The notes under the pieces were generated by a model, which worked only from the letters and a program-made list of their open reading frames with translations, did not search any database and had not been told where the DNA came from. The position numbers and the translations under genes were made by a program. From Nemertoderma westbladi (lineage: Eukaryota > Animalia > Xenacoelomorpha): DNA of 64,000 nucleotides. Shown here one piece after another: positions 51,432 to 64,000 of the stretch. Numbering within the stretch: the first letter of the stretch is position 1; each line of letters opens with the position of its first letter. The stretch covers positions 62,001 to 126,000 of the forward strand of contig JAUCBJ010000648.1 in assembly GCA_032718475.1 (NCBI GenBank), written 5' to 3'.

Positions 51432-52590
51432 ATTTATTACCCAGCGCACAATTAGCGGCCTAAGGAGACTCGTTTGGGGTCATTGACCTCTGAACGAGTG
51501 GAGGATCAGGACCGCCGCGCCCACAGCGACAACAGCCAGAGCTCACAGCTCACGGCAAGTACCAGAAGGAGGAGTCCTTGGCGGGGGGCCACAGGGACAC
51601 GGCAAATGGGACGAGGCCGAGGGAGGAGCACCAGTCGGGAGATAGTCGGTGCCCAGGGAACGTCGTCGCCGGTTCCGGGAAGTGACGCCTCAAGGACGCC
51701 GTCAACAGAGTCTACAGGGGGTAGACTGGTGTATCTGGGGAAGGAGCGAGTCCGAGAGACCCAGGAGCTAGCCGATAAGACTATAATATCACGGAGCGAC
51801 AGACTCTAGACATATACATCATCGTCGCTCTGATGTATATCGTAGGTTTTATTTTCGAAGGCCGAAAAATATTGAAAGGAAATACTTTTACTTTGTAGTC
51901 CGTTGGAAATATGATTTTGAGCCTATACTATATTTGATTTTGTGTATATGACTTTATTTGCTCTAAAGTTTATTGAAAGAGGCAAAGGAAGTGATTGGGG
52001 AGACAAACCCGCGGGTTTGGCTTACTCCTTTCACTTACCTGAGCAATCATCAAACCAAGATGATTTGCGTTTTTATAAGAAATTAAGTAAAGTCCGAAAA
52101 TGAGAGAAATTATTACGTATTTTATATTTAATTTGATTATCGGCCTTTAATGCAATTTAGTTAAAAATTTAGCCTCAAATACGTTTATATTTAGTTTATC
52201 TTGTTAATGTTGATCGTTAATTTGAGATGGGAAATGGGGGACATTGTCCTAGCCATGTTCCATTTCAATAGGTAGACAGTCAATTTGTAAATAAATAAAG
52301 GAAGTAATATTTTGAAAATTTAATTTTGTATGTAGTAATCATTATGTAGTACGAACGAGAAAACAATATTTTGTAAATTTAATTTGTATGTAATTATCGT
52401 TAAACAGTGAGAGATAATATTTGGTACATTTAATTTGTATGCAATTCATTATGCAATATCTATGGCAATATTTGTAAATAGTAGAATTTATAGTATCAAG
52501 TATTTTAGATTATTTGAAAGAAATTTATTTTGTTTGTATACATCACCTTATACTCTTCTACAGTTGGAGGGAAACATTGTATGATTTCCC

Positions 52591-52599
52591 TTGGAGCGG
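52591..52599 (+). promoter_or_regulatory. Polypurine tract of A
   Basis: TTGGAGCGG followed by TGTTAC; same motif as in B and C. Confidence 0.75.
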
Positions 52600-54768
52600 T
52601 GTTACGGTATATGGCGCTGTATCCACATTATTAGTCCATTATACAGTACGCAATATTAGTCCGTTGTGCAGTATAATTATTTAGATAAGGCATAATAGCG
52701 CAGTGACATTTAGATAAGGAAATTGAAACGCCCATATATTTGAATTCATCCATTTTGTATAGTATGTAGCCCTACCTACGTAATTTTGTATTAGGATATA
52801 AGTAGATAGTTCCAGGGTAGCAAGTTCAGTTGGACCCTGGATATGTGCTTGCTGTTATTAGCTTCGATAGGGCTAGCATCTAGGGACGCAATCCTAACCA
52901 TTCCGCAGCCAGGGACATGATCCATTACCATATATGGTAATAATTCGCGGTTTGGAAGCCCTGAGGTTCACAATCCGGCTTTCTTATTGGACTAACTGCT
53001 TCCAGGTTGGTCTAATGCTAGCGCGGACTGGAGAGCCAATAGGAGAGCGATTGCATCACCCTTATTGCATCATCCTTCTCGGATCACCTATAAATTGGCG
53101 GTTTGCCGGTAGAGCCTCACCTCACAACAATTTCAATTCCAACAACCTTATTGCTCTTACCACTCACTCAGACATATTTAGTACCATTAAGTTAGAAGTA
53201 TAATTTGCGTATTTTTGCAATTTTCTACCTTTTGATTAATTTTCTTGGAATGATTCGTTAGTGCTATTATTCTCAATTGTGTTTCTCAATCAATCCTATC
53301 GATTACTGCTAATTACAACCGGAACTATGATTTCTACCCCTTTTGTAAATGGTTCTATGTGATTCATTTCTAGGCAATAATCCTAAGGGATTTTCTGGGA
53401 CTGTCAGACTTTTGTGATTTGCATGCGCCGCTACGGTAGCTATTCAATAAATGGAGGGCTAAGGTGCCGGTAGGCGGTGGGCACATCGGGGGGTTGGGCG
53501 ACTAAGGGAGAGCGGAGGATTCAAAAGCGGGCAACGCTGGCGGGGGGTCACCGTTGCGGTCGGGCGTTTCGCACTGTAGCATGCAGACCATTCGCCGGTA
53601 CAGTAATTAGGGGGCTGATGATCCAGGTTTTGTCTCTATTTAGTATTAGGGGGGCAAGAATCGGGTTAGTTAGGAAGCCTAGATGTACCCGGGAGAGGCC
53701 TGCACGTATTACAGTGTGAAGTGTGGAGTACGAAGAGTGAATTGCACAACTTTGGGCAGTGAACTGCATAATCGCGAGCTGTGATTGCTGACGCTGATTG
53801 GTGTGTTACTGAAGTGTGCCTATGATTACGAATGCTTAGGTAGGCGCCTTTTCCCTTTGATTGATTTCTATTTCTTAGTTTACAACAATTAATTACTGAT
53901 TAGGTCAAAGTAATACGGTATTTTAGGCTATTACTAGCGAAACCTAGTGTGTAATAAATTAGAATTGCGTATTCTGGAACTCTTAGTAATTAGTACGCCG
54001 TTACATATTTGTGACTGTAATTAGTTAGTGAAATTAAGAATTAGTACGCAGCATAGCGGAGAATAGCTAAGGTAATAATTAGGGTACTGTAAACTATTCA
54101 CGCTGAGCGGTTATTTGCATTAGCGGGCAATAAGCTAGATCGCATTATTCAGTACGCACAACACACTAGTAATTTGCTGGCCTAAAGCCAGCTGCAGGCA
54201 AGTTTAGACCCAGAGCGGTATTACCCACGTAGAGATAAAATACTGTACCATTTTTGATTATTTTAAATATTCTCGCATTCATACATTCCGTTAGGGAACC
54301 CCCAGTATTCGCGATTAGAAAAGACGTAGGCATTATCGTATTTCAATAGTAAAATTAGGCATAAGAATACTCTGAGTGCAAAGCCTCTCGCACTCGTATT
54401 AAGTAAGCTTAGGGAGCCGACTCGGGTTTATTGTTTTGGTTATTCCCGCGTGGCTCATAGATTCGAACAGTTAGCTCTCTGTCGAGCGATCGGCAGAGAA
54501 AGGAACAAGCGATTTGCAGGAGCCGTGTAAATTTAGTAAAATATATTAGCGGACGGCAGATTAGCGCCATCCAACGGTAAGTAGCGGTTTTGTATTTAGC
54601 AGCCCTACAATTTAGTAATAGCACGCTCCTGATCGCCTTTACTTAACAGTAGAGCAGTCTTTGTGTCTTATTGGTTAGGCGGGAACTCATTAGGTTGGCA
54701 GAGAAGTATACGGGTATTTGTCTGTTCAACAGTTCTGCTATTAGTATAGGGGTCGCGGTTGTTTATCA
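52600..54768 (+). repeat. 3' LTR of A (2169 bp, TG...CA)
   Basis: Start inferred from PPT+TG; CCAAT about 53036, TATAAA 53089-53094; 3' two thirds match 12583-13980. Confidence 0.88.
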
Positions 54769-57700
54769 AAGGGATTATTTTAAACCTAGGTTGTATTGAA
54801 TCCTGTTGATCAAGGGATTCATTTAAACCTAGGTTGTATTGAATCCCGTTAATCAAGAGATTCATTTAAACCTAGATTGTATTGAATCCCGTTAATCAAG
54901 GGATTCATTTAACCCTAGGTTGTATTGAATCCCGTTAATCAAGAGATTCATTTAAACCTAGATTGTATTGAATCCCGTTAATCAAGGGATTCATTTAACC
55001 CTAGGTTGTATTGAATCTCGTTAATCAAGGGATTCATTTAAACCTAGGTTGTATTGAATCCCGTTAATCAAGGGATTCATTTAAACCTAGGTTGTATTGA
55101 ATCCTGTTAATCAAGGGATTCATTTAAACCTAGATTGTATTGAATCCCGTTAATCAAGGGATTCATTTAACCCTAGGTTGTATTGAATCTCGTTAATCAA
55201 GGGATTCATTTAAACCTAGGTTGTATTGAATCCCGTTAATCAAGGGATTCATTTAAACCTAGGTTGTATTGAATCCCGTTAATCAAGGGATTATTTTAAA
55301 CCTAGGTTGTATTGAATCCTGTTAATCAAGGGATTCATTTAAACCTAGGTTGTACTGAATCCTGTTAATCAAGGGATTCATTTAAACCTAGGTTGTATTG
55401 AATCCCGTTAATCAAGAGATTCATTTAAACCTAGATTGTATTGAATCCCGTTAATCAAGGCATTCATTTAACCCTAGGTTGTATTGAATCTCGTTAATCA
55501 AGGGATTCATTTAAACCTAAGTTGTATTGAATCTCGTTAATCAAGGGATTTATTTAAACCTAGGTTGCATTGAATCCCGTTAATCAAGAGATTCATTTAA
55601 ACCTAGATTGTATTGAATCCCGTTAATCAAGGGATTCATTTAACCCTAGGTTGTATTGAATCTCGTTAATCAAGGGATTCATTTAAACCTAGGTTGTATT
55701 GAATCCCGTTAATCAAGGGATTCACTTAAACCTAGATTGTATTGAATCCCGTTAATCAAGGGATTCATTTAACCCTAGGTTGTATTGAATCTCGTTAATC
55801 AAGGGATTCATTTAAACCTAGATTGTATTGAATCCCGTTAATCAAGGGATTCATTTAACCCTAGGTTGTATTGAATCTCGTTAATCAAGGGATTCATTTA
55901 AACCTAGGTTGTATTGAATTCCGTTAATCAAGGGATTTATTTAAACCTAGGTTGTATTGAATCCCGTTAATCAAGGGATTCATTTAAACCTAGATTGTAT
56001 TGAATCCCGTTAATCAAGGGATTCATTTAACCCTAGGTTGTATTGAATCTCGTTAATCAAGGGATTCATTTAAACCTAGGTTGTATTGAATCCCGTTAAT
56101 CAAGGGATTTATTTAAACCTAGGTTGTATTGAATCCCGTTAATCAAGGGATTTATTTAAACCTAGGTTGTATTGAATCCCGTTAATCAAGGGATTCATTT
56201 AAACCTAGGTTGTATTGAATCCTGTTAATCAAGGGATTCATTTAAACCTAGGTTGTATTGAATCCCGTTAATCAAGAGATTCATTTAAACCTAGATTGTA
56301 TTGAATCCCGTTAATCAAGGGATTCATTTAACCCTAGGTTGTATTGAATCTCGTTAATCAAGGGATTCATTTAAACCTAGGTTGTATTGAATCCCGTTAA
56401 TCAAGGGATTTATTTAAACCTAGGTTGTATTGAATCCCGTTAATCAAGGGATTCATTTAAACCTAGGTTGTATTGAATCCCGTTAATCAAGAGATTCATT
56501 TAAACCTAGATTTCATTGAATCCCGTTAATCAAGGGATTCATTTAAACCTAGGTTGTATTGAATCCCGTTAATCAAGGGATTCATTTAAACCTAGGTTGT
56601 ATTGAATCTCGTTAATCAAGGGATTCATTTAAACCTAGGTTGTATTGAATCCCGTTAATCAAGGGATTCATTTAAACCTAGGTTGTATTGAATCCCGTTA
56701 ATCAAGAGATTCATTTAAACCTAGATTGTATTGAATCCCGTTAATCAAGGGATTCATTTAAACCTAGGTTGTATTGAATCCCGTTAATCAAGGGATTCAT
56801 TTAAACCTAGGTTGTATTGAATCCCGTTAATCAAGGGATTCATTTAAACCTAGGTTGTATTGTATCCCGTTAATCAAGGGATTCATTTAAACCTAGGTTG
56901 TATTGAATCCCGTTAATCAAGGGATTCATTTAAACCTAGGTTGTATTGAATCCTGTTAATCAAGGGATTCATTTAAACCTAGGTTGTATTGAATCCCGTT
57001 AATCAAGAGATTCATTTAAACCTAGATTGTATTGAATCCCGTTAATCAAGGGATTCATTTAAACCTAGGTTGTATTGAATCCCGTTAATCAAGGGATTAT
57101 TTTAAACCTAGGTTGTATTGAATCCTGTTAATCAAGGGATTCATTTAAACCTAGGTTGTATTGAATCCCGTTAATCAAGGGATTCATTTACACCTAGGTT
57201 GTATTGAATCCCGTTAATCAAGAGATTCATTTAAACCTAGATTGTATTGAATCCCGTTAATCAAGGGATTCATTTAACCCTAGGTTGTATTGAATCTCGT
57301 TAATCAAGGGATTCATTTAAACCTAGGTTGTATTGTATCCCGTTAATCAAGGGATTCATTTACACCTAGGTTGTATTGAATCCCGTTAATCAAGAGATTC
57401 ATTTAAACCTAGATTGTATTGAATCCCGTTAATCAAGAGATTCATTTAAACCTAGATTGTATTGAATCTCGTTAATCAAGGGATTCATTTAAACCTAGGT
57501 TGTATTGAATCCCGTTAATCAAGGGATTCATTTACACCTAGGTTGTATTGAATCCCGTTAATCAAGGGATTCATTTAAACCTAGGTTGTATTGTATCCCG
57601 TTAATCAAGGGATTCATTTACACCTAGGTTGTATTGAATCCCGTTAATCAAGAGATTCATTTAAACCTAGGTTGTATTGAATCCTGTTAATCAAGGGATT

Positions 57701-60700
57701 CATTTAAACCTAGGTTGTATTGAATCTCGTTAATCAAGGGATTCATTTAAACCTAGGTTGTATTGAATCCCGTTAATCAAGGGATTTATTTAAACCTAGG
57801 TTGTATTGAATCCCGTTAATCAAGAGATTCATTTAAACCTAGATTGTATTGAATCCCGTTAATCAAGGGATTCATTTAACCCTAGGTTGTATTGAATCCC
57901 GTTAATCAAGGGATTCATTTAAACCAAGGTTGTATTGAATCCCGTTAATCAAGAGATTCATTTAAACCTAGATTGTATTGAATCCCGTTAATCAAGGGAT
58001 TCATTTAAACCTAGGTTGTATTGAATCCCGTTAATCAAGGGATTCATTTAAACCAAGGTTGTATTGAATCCCGTTAATCAAGAGATTCATTTAAACCTAG
58101 ATTGTATTGAATCCCGTTAATCAAGGGATTCATTTAAACCTAGGTTGTATTGAATCCCGTTAATCAAGAGATTCATTTAAACCTAGATTGTATTGAATCC
58201 CGTTAATCAAGGGATTCATTTAAACCTAGGTTGTATTGAATCCCGTTAATCAAGGGATTCATTTAAACCTAGGTTGTATTGAATCCCGTTAATCAAGGGA
58301 TTCATTTAAACCAAGGTTGTATTGAATCCCGTTAATCAAGAGATTCATTTAAACCTAGATTGTATTGAATCCTGTTAATCAAGGGATTCATTTAACCCTA
58401 GGTTGTATTGAATCCCGTTAATCAAGGGATTATTTTAAACCTAGGTTGTATTGAATCCCGTTAATCAAGGGATTCATTTAAACCTAGGTTGTATTGAATC
58501 CCGTTAATCAAGAGATTCATTTAAACCTAGATTGTATTGAATCCCGTTAATCAAGGGATTCATTTAAACCTAGGTTGTATTGAATCCCGTTAATCAAGGG
58601 ATTATTTTAAACCTAGGTTGTATTGAATCCTGTTAATCAAGGGATTCATTTAAACCTAGGTTGTATTGAATCCTGTTAATCAAGAGATTCATTTAAACCT
58701 AGGTTGTATTGAATCCTGTTAATCAAGAGATTCATTTAAACCTAGATTGTATTGAATCCCGTTAATCAAGGGATTCATTTAAACCTAGGTTGTATTGAAT
58801 CCCGTTAATCAAGGGATTCATTTAAACCTAGGTTGTATTGAATCCCGTTAATCAAGAGATTCATTTAAACCTAGATTGTATTGAATCCCGTTAATCAAGG
58901 GATTCATTTAAACCTAGGTTGTATTGAATCCCGTTAATCAAGGGATTCATTTAAACCTAGGTTGTATTGAATCCCGATAATCAAGAGATTCATTTAAACC
59001 TAGATTGTATTGAATCCCGTTAATCAAGGGATTCATTTAAACCTAGGTTGTATTGAATCCCGTTAATCAAGGGATTATTTTAAACCTAGGTTGTATTGAA
59101 TCCCGTTAATCAAGGGATTCATTTAAACCTAGGTTGTATTGAATCCTGTTAATCAAGGGATTCATTTAAACCTAGGTTGTATTGAATCCTGTTAATCAAG
59201 AGATTCATTTAAACCTAGATTGTATTGAATCCCGTTAATCAAGGGATTCATTTAAACCTAGGTTGTATTGAATCCCGTTAATCAAGAGATTCATTTAAAC
59301 CTAGATTGTATTGAATCCCGTTAATCAAGGGATTCATTTAAACCTAGGTTGTATTGAATCCCGTTAATCAAGAGATTCATTTAAACCTAGATTGTATTGA
59401 ATCCCGTTAATCAAGGGATTCATTTAAACCTAGATTGTATTGAATCCCGTTAATCAAGGGATTATTTTAAACCTAGGTTGTATTGAATCCCGTTAATCAA
59501 GGGATTCATTTAAACCTAGGTTGTATTGAATCCCGTTAATCAAGGGATTCATTTAAACCTAGATTGTATTGAATCCCGTTAATCAAGGGATTATTTTAAA
59601 CCTAGGTTGTATTGAATCCCGTTAATCAAGGGATTCATTTAAACCTAGGTTGTATTGAATCCCGTTAATCAAGAGATTCATTTAAACCTAGATTGTATTG
59701 AATCCCGTTAATCAAGGGATTCATTTAAACCTAGGTTGTATTGAATCCCGTTAATCAAGGGATTATTTTAAACCTAGGTTGTATTGAATCCTGTTAATCA
59801 AGGGATTCATTTAAACCTAGGTTGTATTGAATCCCGTTAATCAAGGGATTTATTTAAACCTAGGTTGTATTGAATCCCGTTAATCAAGAGATTCATTTAA
59901 ACCTAGATTGTATTGAATCCCGTTAATCAAGGGATTCATTTAAACCTAGGTTGTATTGAATCCCGTTAATCAAGAGATTCATTTAAACCTAGATTGTATT
60001 GAATCCCGTTAATCAAGGGATTCATTTAAACCTAGATTGTATTGAATCCCGTTAATCAAGGGATTCAATTAAACCTAGGTTGTATTGAATCCCGTTAATC
60101 AAGGGATTCATTTAAACCTAGGTTGTATTGAATCCCGTTAATCAAGGGATTCATTTAAACCTAGGTTGTATTGAATCCCGTTAATCAAGGGATTCATTTA
60201 AACCTAGGTTGTATTGAATCCCGTTAATCAAGGGATTCATTTAAACCTAGGTTGTATTGAATCCCGTTAATCAAGGGATTCATTTAAACCTAGGTTGTAT
60301 TGAATCCCGTTAATCAAGGGATTCATTTAAACCTAGGTTGTATTGAATCCCGTTAATCAAGGGATTCATTTAAACCTAGGTTGTATTGAATCCCGTTAAT
60401 CAAGAGATTCATTTAAACCTAGATTGTATTGAATCCCGTTAATCAAGGGATTCATTTAAACCTAGGTTGTATTGAATCCCGTTAATCAAGGGATTCATTT
60501 AAACCTAGGTTGTATTGAATCCCGTTAATCAAGGGATTCATTTAAACCTAGGTTGTATTGAATCCCGTTAATCAAGAGATTCATTTAAACCTAGATTGTA
60601 TTGAATCCCGTTAATCAAGGGATTCATTTAAACCTAGGTTGTATTGAATCTCGTTAATCAAGGGATTATATTAAACCTAGGTTGTATTGAATCCTGTTAA

Positions 60701-63700
60701 TCAAATGAGTATTTTAAACCTAGGTTGTATTGAATCCTGTTAATCAAGGGATTCATTTAAACCTAGGTTGTATTGAATCCCGTTAATCAAGGGATTCATT
60801 TAAACCTAGGTTGTATTGAATCCCGTTAATCAAGGGATTCATTTAAACCTAGGTTGTATTGAATCCCGTTAATCAAGAGATTCATTTAAACCTAGATTGT
60901 ATTGAATCCCGTTAATCAAGGGATTCATTTAAACCTAGGTTGTATTGAATCCCGTTAATCAAGAGATTCATTTAAACCTAGATTGTATTGAATCCCGTTA
61001 ATCAAGGGATTCATTTAAACCTAGGTTGTATTGAATCTCGTTAATCAAGGGATTATATTAAACCTAGGTTGTATTGAATCCTGTTAATCAAATGAGTATT
61101 TTAAACCTAGGTTGTATTGAATCCCGTTAATCAAGGGATTCATTTAAACCTAGGTTGTATTGAATCCCGTTAATCAAGGGATTTATTTAAACCTAGGTTG
61201 TATTGAATCCCGTTAATCAAGGGATTTATTTAAACCTAGGTTGTATTGAATCCCGTTAATCAAGGGATTCATTTAAACCTAGGTTGTATTGAATCCCGTT
61301 AATCAAGGGATTTATTTAACCCTAGGTTGTATTGAATCTCGTTAATCAAGGGATTATTTTAAACCTAGGTTGTATTGAATCCCGTTAATCAAGGGATTCA
61401 TTTAAACCTAGATTGTATTGAATCCCGTTAATCAAGGGATTCATTTAAACCTAGGTTGTATTGAATCCCGTTAATCAAGAGATTCATTTAAACCTAGATT
61501 GTATTGAATCCCGTTAATCAAGGGATTCATTTAAACCTAGGTTGTATTGAATCCCGTTAATCAAGGGATTCATTTAAACCTAGGTTGTATTGAATCCCGT
61601 TAATCAAGGGATTCATTTAAACCTAGGTTGTATTGAATCCCGTTAATCAAGAGATTCATTTAAACCTAGATTGTATTGAATCCCGTTAATCAAGGGATTC
61701 ATTTAAACCTAGGTTGTATTGAATCTCGTTAATCAAGGGATTATATTAAACCTAGGTTGTATTGAATCCTGTTAATCAAATGAGTATTTTAAACCTAGGT
61801 TGTATTGAATCCTGTTAATCAAGGGATTCATTTAAACCTAGGTTGTATTGAATCCCGTTAATCAAGGGATTCATTTAAACCTAGGTTGTATTGAATCCCG
61901 TTAATCAAGGGATTCATTTAAACCTAGGTTGTATTGAATCCCGTTAATCAAGAGATTCATTTAAACCTAGATTGTATTGAATCCCGTTAATCAAGGGATT
62001 CATTTAAACCTAGGTTGTATTGAATCCCGTTAATCAAGAGATTCATTTAAACCTAGATTGTATTGAATCCCGTTAATCAAGGGATTCATTTAAACCTAGG
62101 TTGTATTGAATCTCGTTAATCAAGGGATTATATTAAACCTAGGTTGTATTGAATCCTGTTAATCAAATGAGTATTTTAAACCTAGGTTGTATTGAATCCT
62201 GTTAATCAAGGGTTCATTTAAACCTAGGTTGTATTGAATCCCGTTAATCAAGGGATTCATTTAAACCTAGGTTGTATTGAATCCCGTTAATCAAGGGATT
62301 TATTTAAACCTAGGTTGTATTGAATCCCGTTAATCAAGGGATTTATTTAAACCTAGGTTGTATTGAATCCCGTTAATCAAGGGATTCATTTAAACCTAGG
62401 TTGTATTGAATCCCGTTAATCAAGGGATTTATTTAACCCTAGGTTGTATTGAATCTCGTTAATCAAGGGATTATTTTAAACCTAGGTTGTATTGAATCCC
62501 GTTAATCAAGGGATTCATTTAAACCTAGATTGTATTGAATCCCGTTAATCAAGGGATTTATTTAACCCTTGGTTGTATTGAATCTCGTTAATCAAGGGAT
62601 TATTTTAAACCTAGGTTGTATTGAATCCCGTTAATCAAGGGATTCATTTAAACCTAGGTTGTATTGAATCCCGTTAATCAAGGGATTCATTTATACCTAG
62701 GTTGTATTGAATCCCGTTAATCAAGGGATTCATTTAAACCTAGATTGTATTGAATCCCGTTAATCAAGGGATTTATTTAACCCTAGGTTGTATTGAATCT
62801 CGTTAATCAAGGGATTATTTTAAACCTAGGTTGTATTGAATCCCGTTAATCAAGGGATTCATTTAAACCTAGGTTGTATTGAATCCCGTTAATCAAGGGA
62901 TTCATTTAAACCTAGGTTGTATTGAATCCCGTTAATCAAGAGATTCATTTAAACCTAGATTGTATTGAATCCCGTTAATCAAGGGATTCATTTAAACCTA
63001 GGTTGTATTGAATCTCGTTAATCAAGGGATTATATTAAACCTAGGTTGTATTGAATCCTGTTAATCAAATGAGTATTTTAAACCTAGGTTGTATTGAATC
63101 CTGTTAATCAAGGGTTCATTTAAACCTAGGTTGTATTGAATCCCGTTAATCAAGGGATTCATTTAAACCTAGGTTGTATTGAATCCCGTTAATCAAGGGA
63201 TTTATTTAAACCTAGGTTGTATTGAATCCCGTTAATCAAGGGATTTATTTAAACCTAGGTTGTATTGAATCCCGTTAATCAAGGGATTCATTTAAACCTA
63301 GGTTGTATTGAATCCCGTTAATCAAGAGATTCATTTAAACCTAGGTTGTATTGAATCCCGTTAATCAAGGGATTCATTTAACCCTAGGTTGTATTGAATC
63401 CCGTTAATCAAGGGATTCATTTAAACCTAGATTGTATTGTATCCCGTTAATCAAGGGATTTATTTAAACCTAGGTTGTATTGAATCCCGTTAATCAAGAG
63501 ATTCATTTAAACCTAGATTGTATTGAATCCCGTTAATCAAGGGATTCATTTAAACCTAGGTTGTATTGAATCCCGGTAATCAAGGGATTCATTTAAACCT
63601 AGGTTGTATTGAATCTCGTTAATCAAGGGATTATTTTAAACCTAGGTTGTATTGAATCCCGTTAATCAAGGGATTCATTTAAACCTAGGTTGTATTGAAT

Positions 63701-64000
63701 CCCGTTAATCAAGGGATTATTTTAAACCTAGGTTGTATTGAATCCCGTTAATCAAGGGATTCATTTAAACCTAGATTGTATTGAATCCCGTTAATCAAGG
63801 GATTCATTTAAACCTAGGTTGTATTGAATCCCGTTAATCAAGGGATTTATTTAAACCTAGGTTGTATTGAATCCCGTTAATCAAGGGATTCATTTAAACC
63901 TAGGTTATATTGAATCCCGTTAATCAAGGGATTCATTTAAACCTAGGTTGTATTGAATCACGTTAATCAAGAGATTCATTTAAACCTAGATTGTATTGAA
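54769..64000. repeat. 43-bp palindromic tandem satellite, about 214 monomers, running off the window
   Basis: Consensus GTTAATCAAGGGATTCATTTAAACCTAGGTTGTATTGAATCCC. Confidence 0.99.

Larger units (their letters stand above)
12583..54768 (+). mobile_element. Element A: BEL/Pao LTR retrotransposon, host of the nest, inserted in the satellite
   Basis: LTR pair; gag (three Cys/His knuckles)-PR-RT-RH-IN order with Pao-type motifs (LHLFSDAS, NPADITSRG, GVDCFGP, SDKGTNF); reading frame rejoins across B. Confidence 0.95.

Noticed and set aside
54769-64000. CRISPR array (palindromic repeats at regular spacing)
   Set aside because: No unique spacers, no cas genes, eukaryotic context; it is a tandem satellite.

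Overview
Eukaryotic, probably invertebrate animal, genomic DNA. Left part: the 5' end of a minus-strand BEL/Pao LTR element (D), small repeats, and the last two exons of a minus-strand Ig-FN3-transmembrane receptor with a tyrosine-motif-rich tail. From about 12.6 to 54.8 kb lies a three-level nest of co-oriented BEL/Pao retrotransposons: A (LTR 2169 bp, 5' copy truncated) contains B (LTRs 1894 bp, TSD ATGAG, TA...TA ends), which contains C (LTRs 1242 bp, TSD GCGGT). The nest sits at the edge of a 43-bp palindromic satellite that fills the last 9.2 kb. Main observation: none of the four elements has a tRNA-type (TGG...) primer-binding site. In each, the 10-22 nt directly after the 5' LTR are the exact reverse complement of a site inside its own LTR, suggesting RNA self-priming, which is established for Tf1/sushi Ty3/gypsy elements but, to my knowledge, not for BEL/Pao. 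The elements also carry extra env-position ORFs, one a DEDD-type 3'-5' exonuclease fused to zinc knuckles, and the B/D LTRs contain a tRNA-like Pol III cassette. Mismatch counts are by eye and approximate; no database searches were run.
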